Notes under the pieces: generated by a model | Told to the model about the DNA's origin: nothing | Database searches by the model: none | The model's input: the letters and a program-made list of their open reading frames with translations, nothing else | Position numbers and translations under genes: made by a program | Assembly (NCBI GenBank): GCA_951812855.1 | Contig: OX638337.1 | Location: 1,650,001 to 1,682,000, forward strand | Reading direction: 5' to 3' | Source: an uncultured Lentisphaeria bacterium | GTDB taxonomy: Bacteria; Verrucomicrobiota; Lentisphaeria; JABSQK01; JAJFLO01 | DNA length: 32,000 nt | In this document: positions 1-9,253 of the stretch, piece after piece | Layout: every line of letters begins with the position of its first letter | Position numbering within the stretch: the first letter of the stretch is position 1

Positions 1-1880
1 ACGTCTGGGTCTATTACGAATGCAACCTCAGATTGCATATCATTATCTAACTTCTCCGCTTTTCTTGATATACGTTGAAACGTTTTGAAATCGGTAGAGA
101 GATTCCCGCGACTTTGATTTAAAAAATATAAAGAGGTACCGTTTATAAAGTTTGCAACAAACTTACGCCGGTTTACCTGAATAGCAGAAACGTTTTTTAA
201 AGGCATCCGGGAATCATTTTTTTTCTGACTGCCGCCATCAATTTTATCATGAGTAAAAAATAATTTTCCCCGCTTATTCAAGGCATCAATCAACAGACCT
301 TCCATGCCACTGACACCGTATCCATTACGATAATCAGTTTCATCAATTACCATATCAAAATAATCAATCTGTTTTGATTTCAGTAACGTTGTTAATGCAT
401 TTCCTGTTAAATTATAGTCATTGTTCCAAAGTTGATTCATAAAGGAAACTGGACCACCAACAATTCCGGTCAGACAATTCTGCTGAGTTATCATCTTGAT
501 ATCGCGTGCAAACGAAATAATAAATTCAGCCCAGGATTCGTTATAAAAGAGATAACTGTCCCTGTCAACACCTGCAGTCAGTGGATGAATAAATGAACCG
601 ATTGTGCCTTTAACCCACTTTTCTTTGGGAACATGTGAAACAGAATCCAGGGATACAGCATCCTGTTTCCAGGTCTTTTGCAATTCAGAATCTGAACCGT
701 ATCGTTTTGTTAGCCATTCCTGAAATTTTTTTTTATAGTCTGGATGCTGATCGCGTTCTGCATAAGGGTGTTGACTATAGCGGTTCAAATCAGTAATGAG
801 AGTACACCCGATGAAATAATCATAATCGGAGTCTCTCAAATAAGCGATTAAATACTTAACCGCAGTCTTACAATATTTGACCCACTCTGGATTCAGGTCT
901 GATATCACGACAGGTTTTTTGAATTTGCGTTCCTGTAAATTTTTCCACCAGTCAGGTGGAGAAGCCAAAAGAATATCAATAAAAACGGTGCGATTTTCCT
1001 GTCTTCCATACCCCGACAGCAATTCATCAATATAATCATAATCAATGTAGTCGACATAATTCCAGACCGGTTTAATATCTGGGCAGCTTGAATTGTAACC
1101 ACCAAAATTAAGAATAACGCGATTTATGTTATATTCTTCAGAAGTGCCTTGAATCCCCTTGTTCTTTACTGAATCAATTGTATTCCATTGTCCCAGTTGA
1201 GCAAGTGATTTATCATTTACATGAATTCTTGGTTCTCCTGATTTACCTTTAATTATCGATACATTCCGGGGTAATGGCTTTGCAAGAGATTTTTTAATCG
1301 CATTCTGCGACGGGATGTTTCCCTGAAACGAGATTCTAAGATTTGAAATATTCAGGCTCCCTGAAGTACTGGCATTTAACAGCAAATCAATATAGAAACC
1401 TTCGATCGTATGGCTCTTCTTCAATGTACTAAACGAGACTCTCCCAATAAGACTATCCTTATTTCCTTCGGCGGAATAAACCGAAACCATTGTTGGTCCT
1501 AAAGTTGCATTAACTTCATTTTGCGAAGTATGTATTTGATCACGCCCGGGTTTCAGCATAAGGAAGACATTAGAATTGATTTTAGCGGACGTAATATTTG
1601 TCGATGAGATTTCAAATTGAATTTCACAATTAGACACAATGGTTCTCTCAAAAGGAATGAACCAGGTTGCCCTGGAGCCAGCGTCGCCTGTAATTTGAAA
1701 TTCAGTTGAATGATCAGTTTTCTTAAAAAAGGTCGCTTCAACGTTCTCAGACTTGTGGAAAACAGAAATGTCCGGGTTTGATTTCTGAAAGTCAAAAAGT
1801 ATGTTGCCCGTGCCTCTGACAGTAAGTACTGCAAAGACGAGTGTAAATATTTTTACTTGACAAAATAATTCTAAATTCAT
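1..1880 (-). CDS. Secreted glycoside-hydrolase-like protein (GH42/beta-galactosidase-like TIM-barrel region); the C-terminus runs off the window
   Basis: Manual translation from the ATG at 1880 gives about 626 codons with no stop down to position 1. The ORF is missing from the track because it has no in-window stop. The N-terminus MNLELFCQVKIFTLVFAVLTV looks like a signal peptide. Later motifs such as LLASPPDWWKNL and FQEWLTKRYGSDSELQKTWK resemble GH42-type hydrolases. Family assignment is by eye only. Confidence 0.7.
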   Translation of the reverse strand, partial: MNLELFCQVKIFTLVFAVLTVRGTGNILFDFQKSNPDISVFHKSENVEATFFKKTDHSTEFQITGDAGSRATWFIPFERTIVSNCEIQFEISSTNITSAKINSNVFLMLKPGRDQIHTSQNEVNATLGPTMVSVYSAEGNKDSLIGRVSFSTLKKSHTIEGFYIDLLLNASTSGSLNISNLRISFQGNIPSQNAIKKSLAKPLPRNVSIIKGKSGEPRIHVNDKSLAQLGQWNTIDSVKNKGIQGTSEEYNINRVILNFGGYNSSCPDIKPVWNYVDYIDYDYIDELLSGYGRQENRTVFIDILLASPPDWWKNLQERKFKKPVVISDLNPEWVKYCKTAVKYLIAYLRDSDYDYFIGCTLITDLNRYSQHPYAERDQHPDYKKKFQEWLTKRYGSDSELQKTWKQDAVSLDSVSHVPKEKWVKGTIGSFIHPLTAGVDRDSYLFYNESWAEFIISFARDIKMITQQNCLTGIVGGPVSFMNQLWNNDYNLTGNALTTLLKSKQIDYFDMVIDETDYRNGYGVSGMEGLLIDALNKRGKLFFTHDKIDGGSQKKNDSRMPLKNVSAIQVNRRKFVANFINGTSLYFLNQSRGNLSTDFKTFQRISRKAEKLDNDMQSEVAFVIDPD

Positions 1881-1943
1881 TAGAAATTCATTATATTATA
1901 GTTGTGTTAATAAGTACACATACTCAATAAGGAAGAAACTATT

Positions 1944-2188
1944 ATGGGTCGTAGTCCAGATTGTGTCCTTCATTTACCGCTCGAAGATGTTTCTCGTCAG
2001 CATTCCCGCATTTTTTGTCGTAGTGATTCAGCCTGATAATGTTTTCATTGTACCCGGTGTTACTAAGTTCGATTACTCTAAAACCAGGTGGCAAATTATC
2101 ATATGCCGGAGATTTCGTTTTAGGAGTAAATTGTATGCCGGTGGCTGGTACACCTCGGACTGGAACATTACCAAATTATTATAATTAG
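1944..2188 (+). pseudogene. FHA-domain protein remnant, frameshifted
   Basis: An AGGAAG Shine-Dalgarno-like motif precedes the ATG at 1944. MGRSPDCVLHLPLEDVSRQHSRIF matches the FHA core pattern (GR..cdi.l.d..vSR.Ha.i). The frame ends at TGA 2034-2036. An FHA-like C-terminal piece (ITLKPGGKLSYAGDFVLGV) continues in another frame up to TAG 2186-2188. Confidence 0.4.
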
Positions 2189-2394
2189 AGATACCGTCAC
2201 TATATTTTTCAGGATTTTCCAGCAAATGAAAATCACTGACCTGAACAATACATTGTGTCATTATTTCACACTCTTGATTGAGTTAGTTTCCCCTAAAATC
2301 TTCATACATGTATTGACCGAAAATATCATTGAATTCGAATTGCTTATATTCTACCCCGGTCTCGCGATTTTGGAAATTAAAATTATAAAGTTGT

Positions 2395-2463
2395 ATAACG
2401 GATTACTCATTCTTTATTATAAACCCACTGTTTTTTAAAAATAAATAACGGATTACTCATTCT
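2395..2463 (+). repeat. Perfect 19-bp direct repeat ATAACGGATTACTCATTCT, two copies exactly 50 bp apart, at the gcvT 5' end
   Basis: The copies at 2395-2413 and 2445-2463 were read directly from the sequence. The second copy overlaps the homology-inferred N-terminal extension of gcvT. Confidence 0.8.
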
Positions 2464-2530
2464 GGACAATACATCTGAAAACTTAAAATCGATTCCTCTT
2501 GAAGATTGTCATGTAAAGGCTGGAGCAAAG

Positions 2531-3565
2531 ATGGTCCCATTCGGCGGCTGGAATATGCCAGTCCAATATCAAACCGGCATTATGGCTGAGCATAATTACA
2601 CACGACAGTATGTATCGATTTTTGACTGCAGTCATATGGGACAATTCAGAATTAAAGGTACCCGTGCCGGTGCAGACCTGGACAGACTTCTGCCCCGTTT
2701 GGCAGGTAACCAGCGAATCGGAAGCTGCCGATACAATTTTCTCTTGACCCCTAAAGGAACAGTTAACGATGACATAATTGTTTATCGTATTGATGATGAT
2801 GAATATTACATTGTCGTAAATGGAGCAACCATCAGTAAGGATGCCGAAATAATCAAAGAGCATTTATCTGACACGACTTCATTTGTTGATGAATCTGAAG
2901 CAACAGTAAAATTCGACATCCAGGGTCCGGAATCAGCAGAATTTCTTTGCGATTTAGGATTATCCCTGGAATCGCTTCCAAAATATTTTAAATTCTCACA
3001 CCTGCCACTCAACGGGATCAATTGTTTAGTATCCAGGACAGGTTATACCGGAGAATTAGGATTTGAATTTTATATTCCAAAGGATCATGGAGAAGAAATA
3101 TGGATGTTTTTTCTACAACACGATAGACTTCGACCCGCGGGCTTAGGTGCACGTGATACATTAAGGCTGGAGGTGGGGTATCCTTTATATAGCCGTGAAC
3201 TCGATGAAACCACAACACCTGTTGAAGCCGGATTTAGTAAAATACTGAATTTAGATCACGAATTTACGGCAAGAGAGTTTTTAACAAAAAAACCGTCAAA
3301 AAGACTTGTCGGCATTGCCTTTGACAGTCGTCGTGCAGTTCGCCACGGTGAGATTTTATTTTCAAATGATGGAACCGAAGTCGGGATTGTAACATCAGGA
3401 TCTTTCTCTCCGTCACTTAAGAGTTCTATCGCATTAGGATTCATAACTCAATGTGATATCGGCCGGGGTGGAACATTACACGTAAACTTAGGCAATAAAA
3501 GAATTAACGGAACTATCGTAGATTTACCATTTTACCAAGACGGCACGGTTCGAAATAAACTATAA
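2531..3565 (+). CDS. gcvT: Glycine cleavage system aminomethyltransferase (T protein)
   Basis: The 344-aa ORF carries MVPFGGWNMPVQY, TGYTGELGFE and LGARDTLRLE, all typical of GcvT. Homology continues upstream in frame (LKSIPLEDCHVKAGAK), but no ATG, GTG or TTG is present there. The true start may therefore be a non-canonical codon near 2459-2462. Confidence 0.93.
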   Translation: MVPFGGWNMPVQYQTGIMAEHNYTRQYVSIFDCSHMGQFRIKGTRAGADLDRLLPRLAGNQRIGSCRYNFLLTPKGTVNDDIIVYRIDDDEYYIVVNGATISKDAEIIKEHLSDTTSFVDESEATVKFDIQGPESAEFLCDLGLSLESLPKYFKFSHLPLNGINCLVSRTGYTGELGFEFYIPKDHGEEIWMFFLQHDRLRPAGLGARDTLRLEVGYPLYSRELDETTTPVEAGFSKILNLDHEFTAREFLTKKPSKRLVGIAFDSRRAVRHGEILFSNDGTEVGIVTSGSFSPSLKSSIALGFITQCDIGRGGTLHVNLGNKRINGTIVDLPFYQDGTVRNKL

Positions 3566-3939
3566 TTCATCATCGAAAAACCGTGCTGACTATTTTCAAT
3601 TTCAGGAATCTCAACATCTTCAACTTCAGATATCGTACCCAATCTATGCATAACTGCTGCCGAATGTTTTGAGGTCCCTTTTATTGTGACTTTTACATCA
3701 TTTGGATTGATTGTTTTAACCTCCCGCACCCTGGTTTCACCGAAGGACTGTCATAACCCTGCCAAACGGAACGAAATTCCGGATATATGGAAATTACTTG
3801 CTCCCAACTTCCTCATTTCAGTTAAAAAATCAACCATGCCCTGCCGTGCTTCGTCATCAGATTTGTTTTCGATTCTATCTATACCGGGACTGGAACCACT
3901 GCCCGCAGGCATTGCAGTTTGAGAAGGTTGTTGAGGCAC
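3532..3939 (-). pseudogene. Hypothetical protein split by an in-frame TGA (3748-3750)
   Basis: Track ORFs 3751-3939 and 3532-3729 lie in the same frame and are separated only by a TGA and six sense codons (...FRLAGL[TGA]QSFGETRVREVKTINPND...). A Pro/Ala/Gln-rich low-complexity N-terminal region is followed by a globular-looking C-terminus. No family was recognised. Confidence 0.4.
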
Positions 3940-4069
3940 TGCTGGTGCAGCAGCAGCCGGTGTCGATGGGTCGGGAGGAGGGGGCTGACAAGAGGCAGGT
4001 AAATTATCGTATTCGTAAATATGGGGGGATCATGAATCTGAACGCGGTTTGATCCGTGAATTTATTAAT

Positions 4070-5326
4070 TCATCGGGCGACGAGATCGGCGGCAGTTTCG
4101 CGTGCTTTTGCGATGATAGTTTCTTCCCCGCTGATATAGCGGTCCTGCATAAGAATTTTACCGTCACAAATTACTGTATTTACCACTGAACCATTTACCG
4201 AATAAACGAAATCCGAAACCCTGCTGTGTCCTGGAACCATCGGCGGCACAGTTGCATCGATTAGTATCATATCGGCAAGTTTACCTTCTTTTATTTCACC
4301 ACAGTTCGCGGAGAATATGGATGCTGTATTTCGAGTAACACAGTCAAATACGCAGTCAGCCGGTGCTGTTGTCGGGTCACCTGTTCTTGATTTTTCGACA
4401 AGAGCAGTGAATTTCATTTCTTCAAACAAATCAAAATTATTATTTGAGGCAACACCATCCGTACCAATTCCGATCAAAATTCCAGCCTCCTGTATTCTTG
4501 TAAACGGAAAAACTCCTGCGGACAGTTTCATATTTGCACACGGATTCGTCAGAATGCCGACGTTATACTGATTTAACAGTTCAAGTTCCCTGTCATCAAG
4601 CCAAATTGCATGGGCGATGCTCACGTTATCAGCTAACACACCGATTTTTTCGAGGTATTCAACCGGTCGTACACCATGCTGATCTATACAATCATGCACT
4701 TCTTTCTCGGTTTCGGATAAATGCAAATGCAGGTTCAATTTGTTTGATTTTGCAAATCCCTGAGCCCAGCTAAGACTATCTGCACTTACTGTATAGATTG
4801 CATGAGGACCAATGCAGTATGAAATTCGTTCCGGAAAAGATTTACTTAATCTAAATTCTTCTTCAATGACTCTCTTCTGTTGAGCAGATTTTTCCTTGTC
4901 AAACAAATCGATTAATACTCCGGAAAGAGACGCTCGCAGACCCATTTCATTTACGGCTTTTACCGACCCGGGCCAGAACCAATACATATCATTAAAAAAC
5001 GTTGTCCCACACTTAATCATTTCCAGGCACGCCAGCTTAGTGCCCCAATAAACATCCTCTTCTGTCATTTTTGCTTCAATAGGCCAGATTTTATCATTCA
5101 GCCAGTCGAATAACGACATATCATCTCCAAACCCTCTGAGCAATGTCATCGCAGCATGTGTATGCCCATTCATTAAACCGGGCAGAAGAATTTTACCCTG
5201 AGCATCAATCACATTATCAGCCTTGCAGTTTATAGCAGATGAAATCTGATCAATCCGGTTATCCTGAATATGTAAATCCGTCTTACTCCCGTTTAATATG
5301 GCGTTTTTTATCAGGAGACTCATAGA
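4070..5326 (-). CDS. mtaD: 5-methylthioadenosine/S-adenosylhomocysteine deaminase (amidohydrolase superfamily)
   Basis: LLPGLMNGHTHAAMTLLRGFGDDMSLFDWL, HLSETEKEV and GIGTDGVASNN are the metal-binding motifs of the MtaD/TRZ-ATZ amidohydrolases. The track ORF extends to 5377, but the homology-consistent start is MSLLIKNAIL at 5326. Confidence 0.85.
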   Translation of the reverse strand, partial: SMSLLIKNAILNGSKTDLHIQDNRIDQISSAINCKADNVIDAQGKILLPGLMNGHTHAAMTLLRGFGDDMSLFDWLNDKIWPIEAKMTEEDVYWGTKLACLEMIKCGTTFFNDMYWFWPGSVKAVNEMGLRASLSGVLIDLFDKEKSAQQKRVIEEEFRLSKSFPERISYCIGPHAIYTVSADSLSWAQGFAKSNKLNLHLHLSETEKEVHDCIDQHGVRPVEYLEKIGVLADNVSIAHAIWLDDRELELLNQYNVGILTNPCANMKLSAGVFPFTRIQEAGILIGIGTDGVASNNNFDLFEEMKFTALVEKSRTGDPTTAPADCVFDCVTRNTASIFSANCGEIKEGKLADMILIDATVPPMVPGHSRVSDFVYSVNGSVVNTVICDGKILMQDRYISGEETIIAKARETAADLVAR

Positions 5327-5454
5327 ATTTGATTGATTATTATTAGGGTTTGCAATCAAAATATGGTGGCAAAACATCTGCCATAGACGACGATGGACTG
5401 TTGAAAAAGCAACTGAGAACCGTATCTGTTTTGAAGTCAGTTACTAATTTACAT

Positions 5455-6156
5455 TCAATCATCAATTAAATGTTTAATGATCACGGTCAAAAAATTTTCC
5501 AGCTTTCCTAAATTCTGTTTACGCTTCATAACAATTTGATCCATTGTCAGGGGGGTGTCAACGATCCCGTTAGCATAATTATCAACCATGCATATGGATG
5601 CATACTTAAGATCACGTTCCCTGGCAAGTATGGCTTCATTTGTCATCGTCATACCCACAACATCGCCGATTTGTTTTATAAAATTTATTTCAGAGGGCGT
5701 CTCCAGAACAGGCCCCCTTACCTGAAAATAGATCCCTTCAGGAACCACCTTTATTTTGTGATGTTTAGCGATCTGAGTAATCACCTTTATCAATCCGCGA
5801 TCAAGGCCCGGTATTGTAAACTTCAATTCATTATCAAAAAAAGTAGGAATATTGAACAAATTAAAATAGTCATGAGGAATAAGCAGACTGCCCGGCACGA
5901 TTGTTTTTTTAAGTGAACCCGTTGAATTAATACCAATAATTTTAGATACATTTAATTCTTTTACGGCCTGCACATTAGCATGATAGTTGATCCGATGTGG
6001 CGGTGTATCCGCTTTTTCTCCATGCCGTTGAATAAACACATATCCCATACCCTGAAATGTTTGTGCCTCTCCATATTCAGTCTCTACTATTTTCTCTTCC
6101 AAATCAGAAAACAGAGCGGATTCCAAAAAACTCGTCCCTCCAATTATTGCAATCAT
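5455..6156 (-). CDS. mtnP: MTAP-family purine nucleoside phosphorylase (methylthioadenosine or methylthioinosine phosphorylase)
   Basis: IAIIGGTS, FIQRHG, PPHRINYHANV, INSTGSL and VVGMTMTNEAILARE match the MTAP/PNP family pattern. The likely start is MIAIIGG at 6156, while the track ORF starts at 6189. Confidence 0.8.
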   Translation of the reverse strand: MIAIIGGTSFLESALFSDLEEKIVETEYGEAQTFQGMGYVFIQRHGEKADTPPHRINYHANVQAVKELNVSKIIGINSTGSLKKTIVPGSLLIPHDYFNLFNIPTFFDNELKFTIPGLDRGLIKVITQIAKHHKIKVVPEGIYFQVRGPVLETPSEINFIKQIGDVVGMTMTNEAILARERDLKYASICMVDNYANGIVDTPLTMDQIVMKRKQNLGKLENFLTVIIKHLIDD

Positions 6157-6400
6157 GACTCTTCCCCTCAATTCACCATTCCAAAACACACCATCCTAAC
6201 GTGTATGATTTTGATTTCAACTCAAATCTCGAATTTAAAATAATCAGGAAAGGGAACGACCTCTCCCATATAACTCAATTTTTATTGAAAATATAGAGTA
6301 GACCGATTTGTATAATTTTATTTTTAAATTTAGACTTATTGATTTTAATATTATATATAACTTTATCTATAAATAAATATACTGATTAGTCTTTTTTATT

Positions 6401-6970
6401 ATGATAAGTTACAAGCGAGAAAAACTTATAGAGACTGCCCGCCAATTATTTTATCAATATGGGTTCCATGCGGTGGGAATTGATCTAATCCTTAAAAAAT
6501 CAGGGGTTGCTAAAAAAACCTTATACAATCATTTTTATTCGAAAGATGATTTGATTCTTGCAGTACTTCGACGGAACGATGAACATTTTCGAAATCATTT
6601 TGTTCGCTCCCTCGAGAATCGCGGTTTTTCAGCAAAAGAAAAATTATTATCAATTTTTGATACGACAGAAGAATGGTTCACAAGCAGTCAGTTTCATGGA
6701 TGTATTTTTATCAATGCCATCGCAGAATACTCAGATCGATCCGTACCGATTCACACTGTATGCAAAGAATATAAACGTACTATTCGGGACTGCATTGCCG
6801 GTCTTGCCAGAGAAGCCAATGCGTCTGATCCGAATGAATTGGCAGACCAGTTATCATTATTACTTGAAGGTGCAACGGTTACTGAGCAAGTCGGTGCAAT
6901 CAGAAAAAGTGCCGAACGTGCCAGAGAAATCGCAATAATATTGATAAATAGAGCCTGCAGTCTAAGCTAA
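6401..6970 (+). CDS. TetR/AcrR family transcriptional regulator
   Basis: The 189-aa ORF has an N-terminal helix-turn-helix region (LIETARQLFYQYGFHAVGIDLILKKSGVAKKTLYNHFYSKDDL) typical of TetR_N. Confidence 0.9.
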   Translation: MISYKREKLIETARQLFYQYGFHAVGIDLILKKSGVAKKTLYNHFYSKDDLILAVLRRNDEHFRNHFVRSLENRGFSAKEKLLSIFDTTEEWFTSSQFHGCIFINAIAEYSDRSVPIHTVCKEYKRTIRDCIAGLAREANASDPNELADQLSLLLEGATVTEQVGAIRKSAERAREIAIILINRACSLS

Positions 6971-7049
6971 TATTATCGATGGACAGAAATCACAATAAAT
7001 ACAACAAAAAATTATTAGCAGCACCAATACAAATCTTCAAGATTTGGGT

Positions 7050-7216
7050 GGGGGTGTAACTTTCGTTCTGTAATTTCATTTCTCCTGGTGTCGGTCTGGA
7101 GGGGGGCCCCGAGCGGTTTCAGCAGCAATCGATTGGGCCGACGGGCCGGGCACTGCGGAGGGGTTAGACTGGACAAATAGTATTGTCTGATCTAACAACC
7201 GCCAGAGGAGGTTTCC
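7050..7216 (+). repeat. GC-rich structured repeat element, copy 1; candidate MITE/PATE-like element or mobile structured RNA
   Basis: This copy aligns by eye with 30429-30587 in the same orientation. Shared blocks are GGGGGTGTAA..TTTCTGTAATTTCA, GCAGCAATCGATTG and CACTGCGGAGGGGTTAGACTGGACAA.TAGTATTGTCTGATCTAACAACCGC.AGAGGAGGTTT. It is strongly GC-rich compared with its AT-rich flanks and contains several hairpins. Confidence 0.75.
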
Positions 7217-7260
7217 TCCGGGGGAAATTTTTGAGTTGATAAAAACGCAGATCAACATAA

Positions 7261-7509
7261 CAATCATCAGTCAAAAATGGAAATAAAGGCGACCTGCATA
7301 ATGGCTTTGACCATAGCGGATTATACGGTATTTTAAGGAAAAGAGACAACTGGATTCTTTCTTACAATGAATGCGATGAGATTGACGATTTTTATGGTGA
7401 TTTTGCATTTTATTATCCTGAATGCAAGTATGGTATGTCAAACGATAAAAAATCAAGAGAAGTTTTGATTTTCAGTGATGATTTAGCAGAGAAAAACAAT
7501 CTCAAATAA
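7261..7509 (+). pseudogene. Start-less C-terminal gene fragment, 83 open codons
   Basis: The frame is open from the TAA at 7258 to the TAA at 7507-7509 (...GILRKRDNWILSYNECDEIDDFYGDFAFYYPECKYGMSNDKKSREVLIFSDDLAEKNNLK). The only ATG, GTG or TTG sits late, in ...KYGMSN. It lies just downstream of repeat copy 1. Confidence 0.3.
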
Positions 7510-7556
7510 TGGCAACACGATAAAGCTATGGCAGGCGTAGGTCAGGGGTATAGCGG

Positions 7557-8831
7557 ATGCAAGAGACAATAAAAAACAGAACGATATTTTGTAAAGACAA
7601 TCTTGATATTCTCGAAGGAATAAACACGGAGACGATTGATCTTGTTTACCTTGATCCGCCATTTAATAAAAAGAAAGTATTTACCGCTCCAATCGGTACC
7701 AGTGCTGAAGGTGCGAGCTTCAAAGATATATTTACCGAAGCGGATTTGAAGGAAGAGTGGGTACAGGAGATTCGTGAAGATTGGCCGAATGTCTACGAAC
7801 TGTTAAACGCAGTAAAAAACATTGAGGGGAGAAGTTCGTATAATTTTTGCTACCTTGCCTATATGGCTATTCGGTTAATAGAATGTCACAGAGTGCTAAA
7901 AAATACAGGCAGTGTTTATTTACATTGTGACGCTACCATGAGTCATTACTTAAAATTATTGCTTGATTGTATATTTGGGGAAAAAAATTTTAAGAATGAG
8001 ATTGTATGGTGTTATACAGGACCCAGTAATACAAAACGATATTACCCTAGAAAACACGATAGTTTGTTTTTCTATGTTAAAAATGCACAAGATAACTATA
8101 TATTTAACACCCAAGCCATAAAAATCCCATACGCTAAATTAGAGACAGGAAAAACAGGTGGTATATTTAAGCAAGCCGCAACCTTACATAAAGCGGGAAA
8201 AATACCAGAGGATTGGTGGGAAGAAAACAGAGATAATATGACCCCTGTAGGGCGTATACAAACAGAGCGCACGGGTTACCCGACACAAAAACCGCTTGCA
8301 CTGTTAGAGCGCATTATCAAGGCCAGCAGCAGCGAGGGTGATGTAGTGCTGGACCCGTTCTGCGGGTGTGCGACCACTTGCGTGGCAGCAGAGCGTTTAA
8401 GCAGACGATGGATTGGGATAGATGTATCGGTGAAGGCATACGAATTGGTGCAGGAAAGAATCAGAAATATGTACGAAATACGACAAGGAAAACTGGAAGA
8501 AGGCGAGTTATCTAAAACATATTTTTCTACCACGGCACCAACTCGTACCGATGACGGGGCAAATGCCAAGGATCAAAAATATGTTTATATTATCTCACAC
8601 CCACAATACGAAGGAGAGTATAAGGTTGGTATCGCAAGCGATGTAAAAAGCCGCCTGAGCAGTTATCAAACGAGCGATCCAAACCGAGACTACAAACTGG
8701 AATATAAACAGCTTACCGAACACTACCGGGCATTAGAGCGACATATCCACAATCAGTTTGATAGCCGACAGGAGTGGGTTCGTGCCGAGATGCAAGAGAT
8801 AATCAACGCGATGAAAAGCTATCGGCCTTGA
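7557..8831 (+). CDS. DNA methyltransferase (beta-class N6A/N4C, DPPF motif) fused to a C-terminal T5orf172/GIY-YIG-like domain
   Basis: Motif IV (DLVYLDPPFN) lies near the N-terminus and motif I (VLDPFCGCATTCVAAERL) lies later, which is the beta-class order. The C-terminal 90 aa (KYVYIISHPQYEGEYKVGIASDVKSRLSSYQTSDP...ALERHIHNQF...QEWV) match the T5orf172 pattern. No restriction endonuclease partner was recognised. Confidence 0.88.
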   Translation: MQETIKNRTIFCKDNLDILEGINTETIDLVYLDPPFNKKKVFTAPIGTSAEGASFKDIFTEADLKEEWVQEIREDWPNVYELLNAVKNIEGRSSYNFCYLAYMAIRLIECHRVLKNTGSVYLHCDATMSHYLKLLLDCIFGEKNFKNEIVWCYTGPSNTKRYYPRKHDSLFFYVKNAQDNYIFNTQAIKIPYAKLETGKTGGIFKQAATLHKAGKIPEDWWEENRDNMTPVGRIQTERTGYPTQKPLALLERIIKASSSEGDVVLDPFCGCATTCVAAERLSRRWIGIDVSVKAYELVQERIRNMYEIRQGKLEEGELSKTYFSTTAPTRTDDGANAKDQKYVYIISHPQYEGEYKVGIASDVKSRLSSYQTSDPNRDYKLEYKQLTEHYRALERHIHNQFDSRQEWVRAEMQEIINAMKSYRP

Positions 8832-8992
8832 TGAAATTAATGAAAATAAATAGCGTACACCCCTCGTAAAGGAATCGACTGCTTAAAAAATAAACAAAGA
8901 TGGAACCGTCAACGTTTGTCTCAGCAAGGATAAATTGATATTAAAAACATCACGCAGCAAACCGTGATTTATTTCAATCTCAAAGATTCTGT

Positions 8993-9253
8993 TTAATTGT
9001 GATTTTGTGTTGGATTCAACTGTGGAATGATCAAACGTTGACCAACCTGAAGCTGCCCCGGCGAATATAATACATCCCTATTGGCTTCATATAATAAAGA
9101 TAAACAAAGGGTGCCTGATAGCCGAATCCATTTATACAGTTAATCAGGATGATGCCAAATTCGTTCAATTGGAACATTTGTGACTTTCTTTAGAGGTGAT
9201 TTCTACACTGTAGTAAATATTGATATCATATACACAATCAGTGAGTTACTCAT
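8993..9253 (-). pseudogene. Small LysM-domain protein with in-frame TAG and TAA
   Basis: A single frame reads MSNSLIVYMISIFTTV[TAG]KSPLKKVTNVPIERIWHHPD[TAA]LYKWIRLSGTLCLSLLYEANRDVLYSPGQLQVGQRLIIPQ... The C-terminal part fits the LysM pattern (Y.v..GdTL..ia..Y......L.vGQ.L.IP). There is no frameshift, only two nonsense codons. Confidence 0.5.

Noticed and set aside
2190-2530. Glycine riboswitch upstream of gcvT
   Set aside because: The leader is AT-rich and lacks the conserved GGAGAG / CACCGAAGGGGCAA-type aptamer blocks on visual inspection. This needs cmsearch confirmation, but there is no support from the sequence as read.
7160-7200. Integron attC site, because GTTAGAC and ATCTAAC match the GTTRRRY and RYYYAAC core sites
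   Set aside because: The order is reversed relative to attC, which runs from RYYYAAC to GTTRRRY. The two cores lie only about 25 nt apart and form a simple hairpin. No integrase or cassette array context is present.
7050-7216. Group II intron fragment, tmRNA, RNase P RNA or SRP RNA
   Set aside because: The element lacks the GUGYG 5' end, a domain V-like 34-nt hairpin, and the tmRNA acceptor and GGAUUCGA signature. It also lacks the conserved RNase P and SRP blocks. Occurrence in two copies next to truncated genes argues for a repeat or mobile element rather than a housekeeping RNA.
7076-7456. Minus-strand track ORFs 7076-7267, 7164-7349 and 7271-7456 (61-63 aa)
   Set aside because: The first two run through the GC-rich repeat, where stop codons are rare by composition, and the third runs through the adjacent plus-strand gene-fragment region (7261-7509). 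They overlap one another in different frames. They have no recognisable motifs and are not conserved in repeat copy 2.
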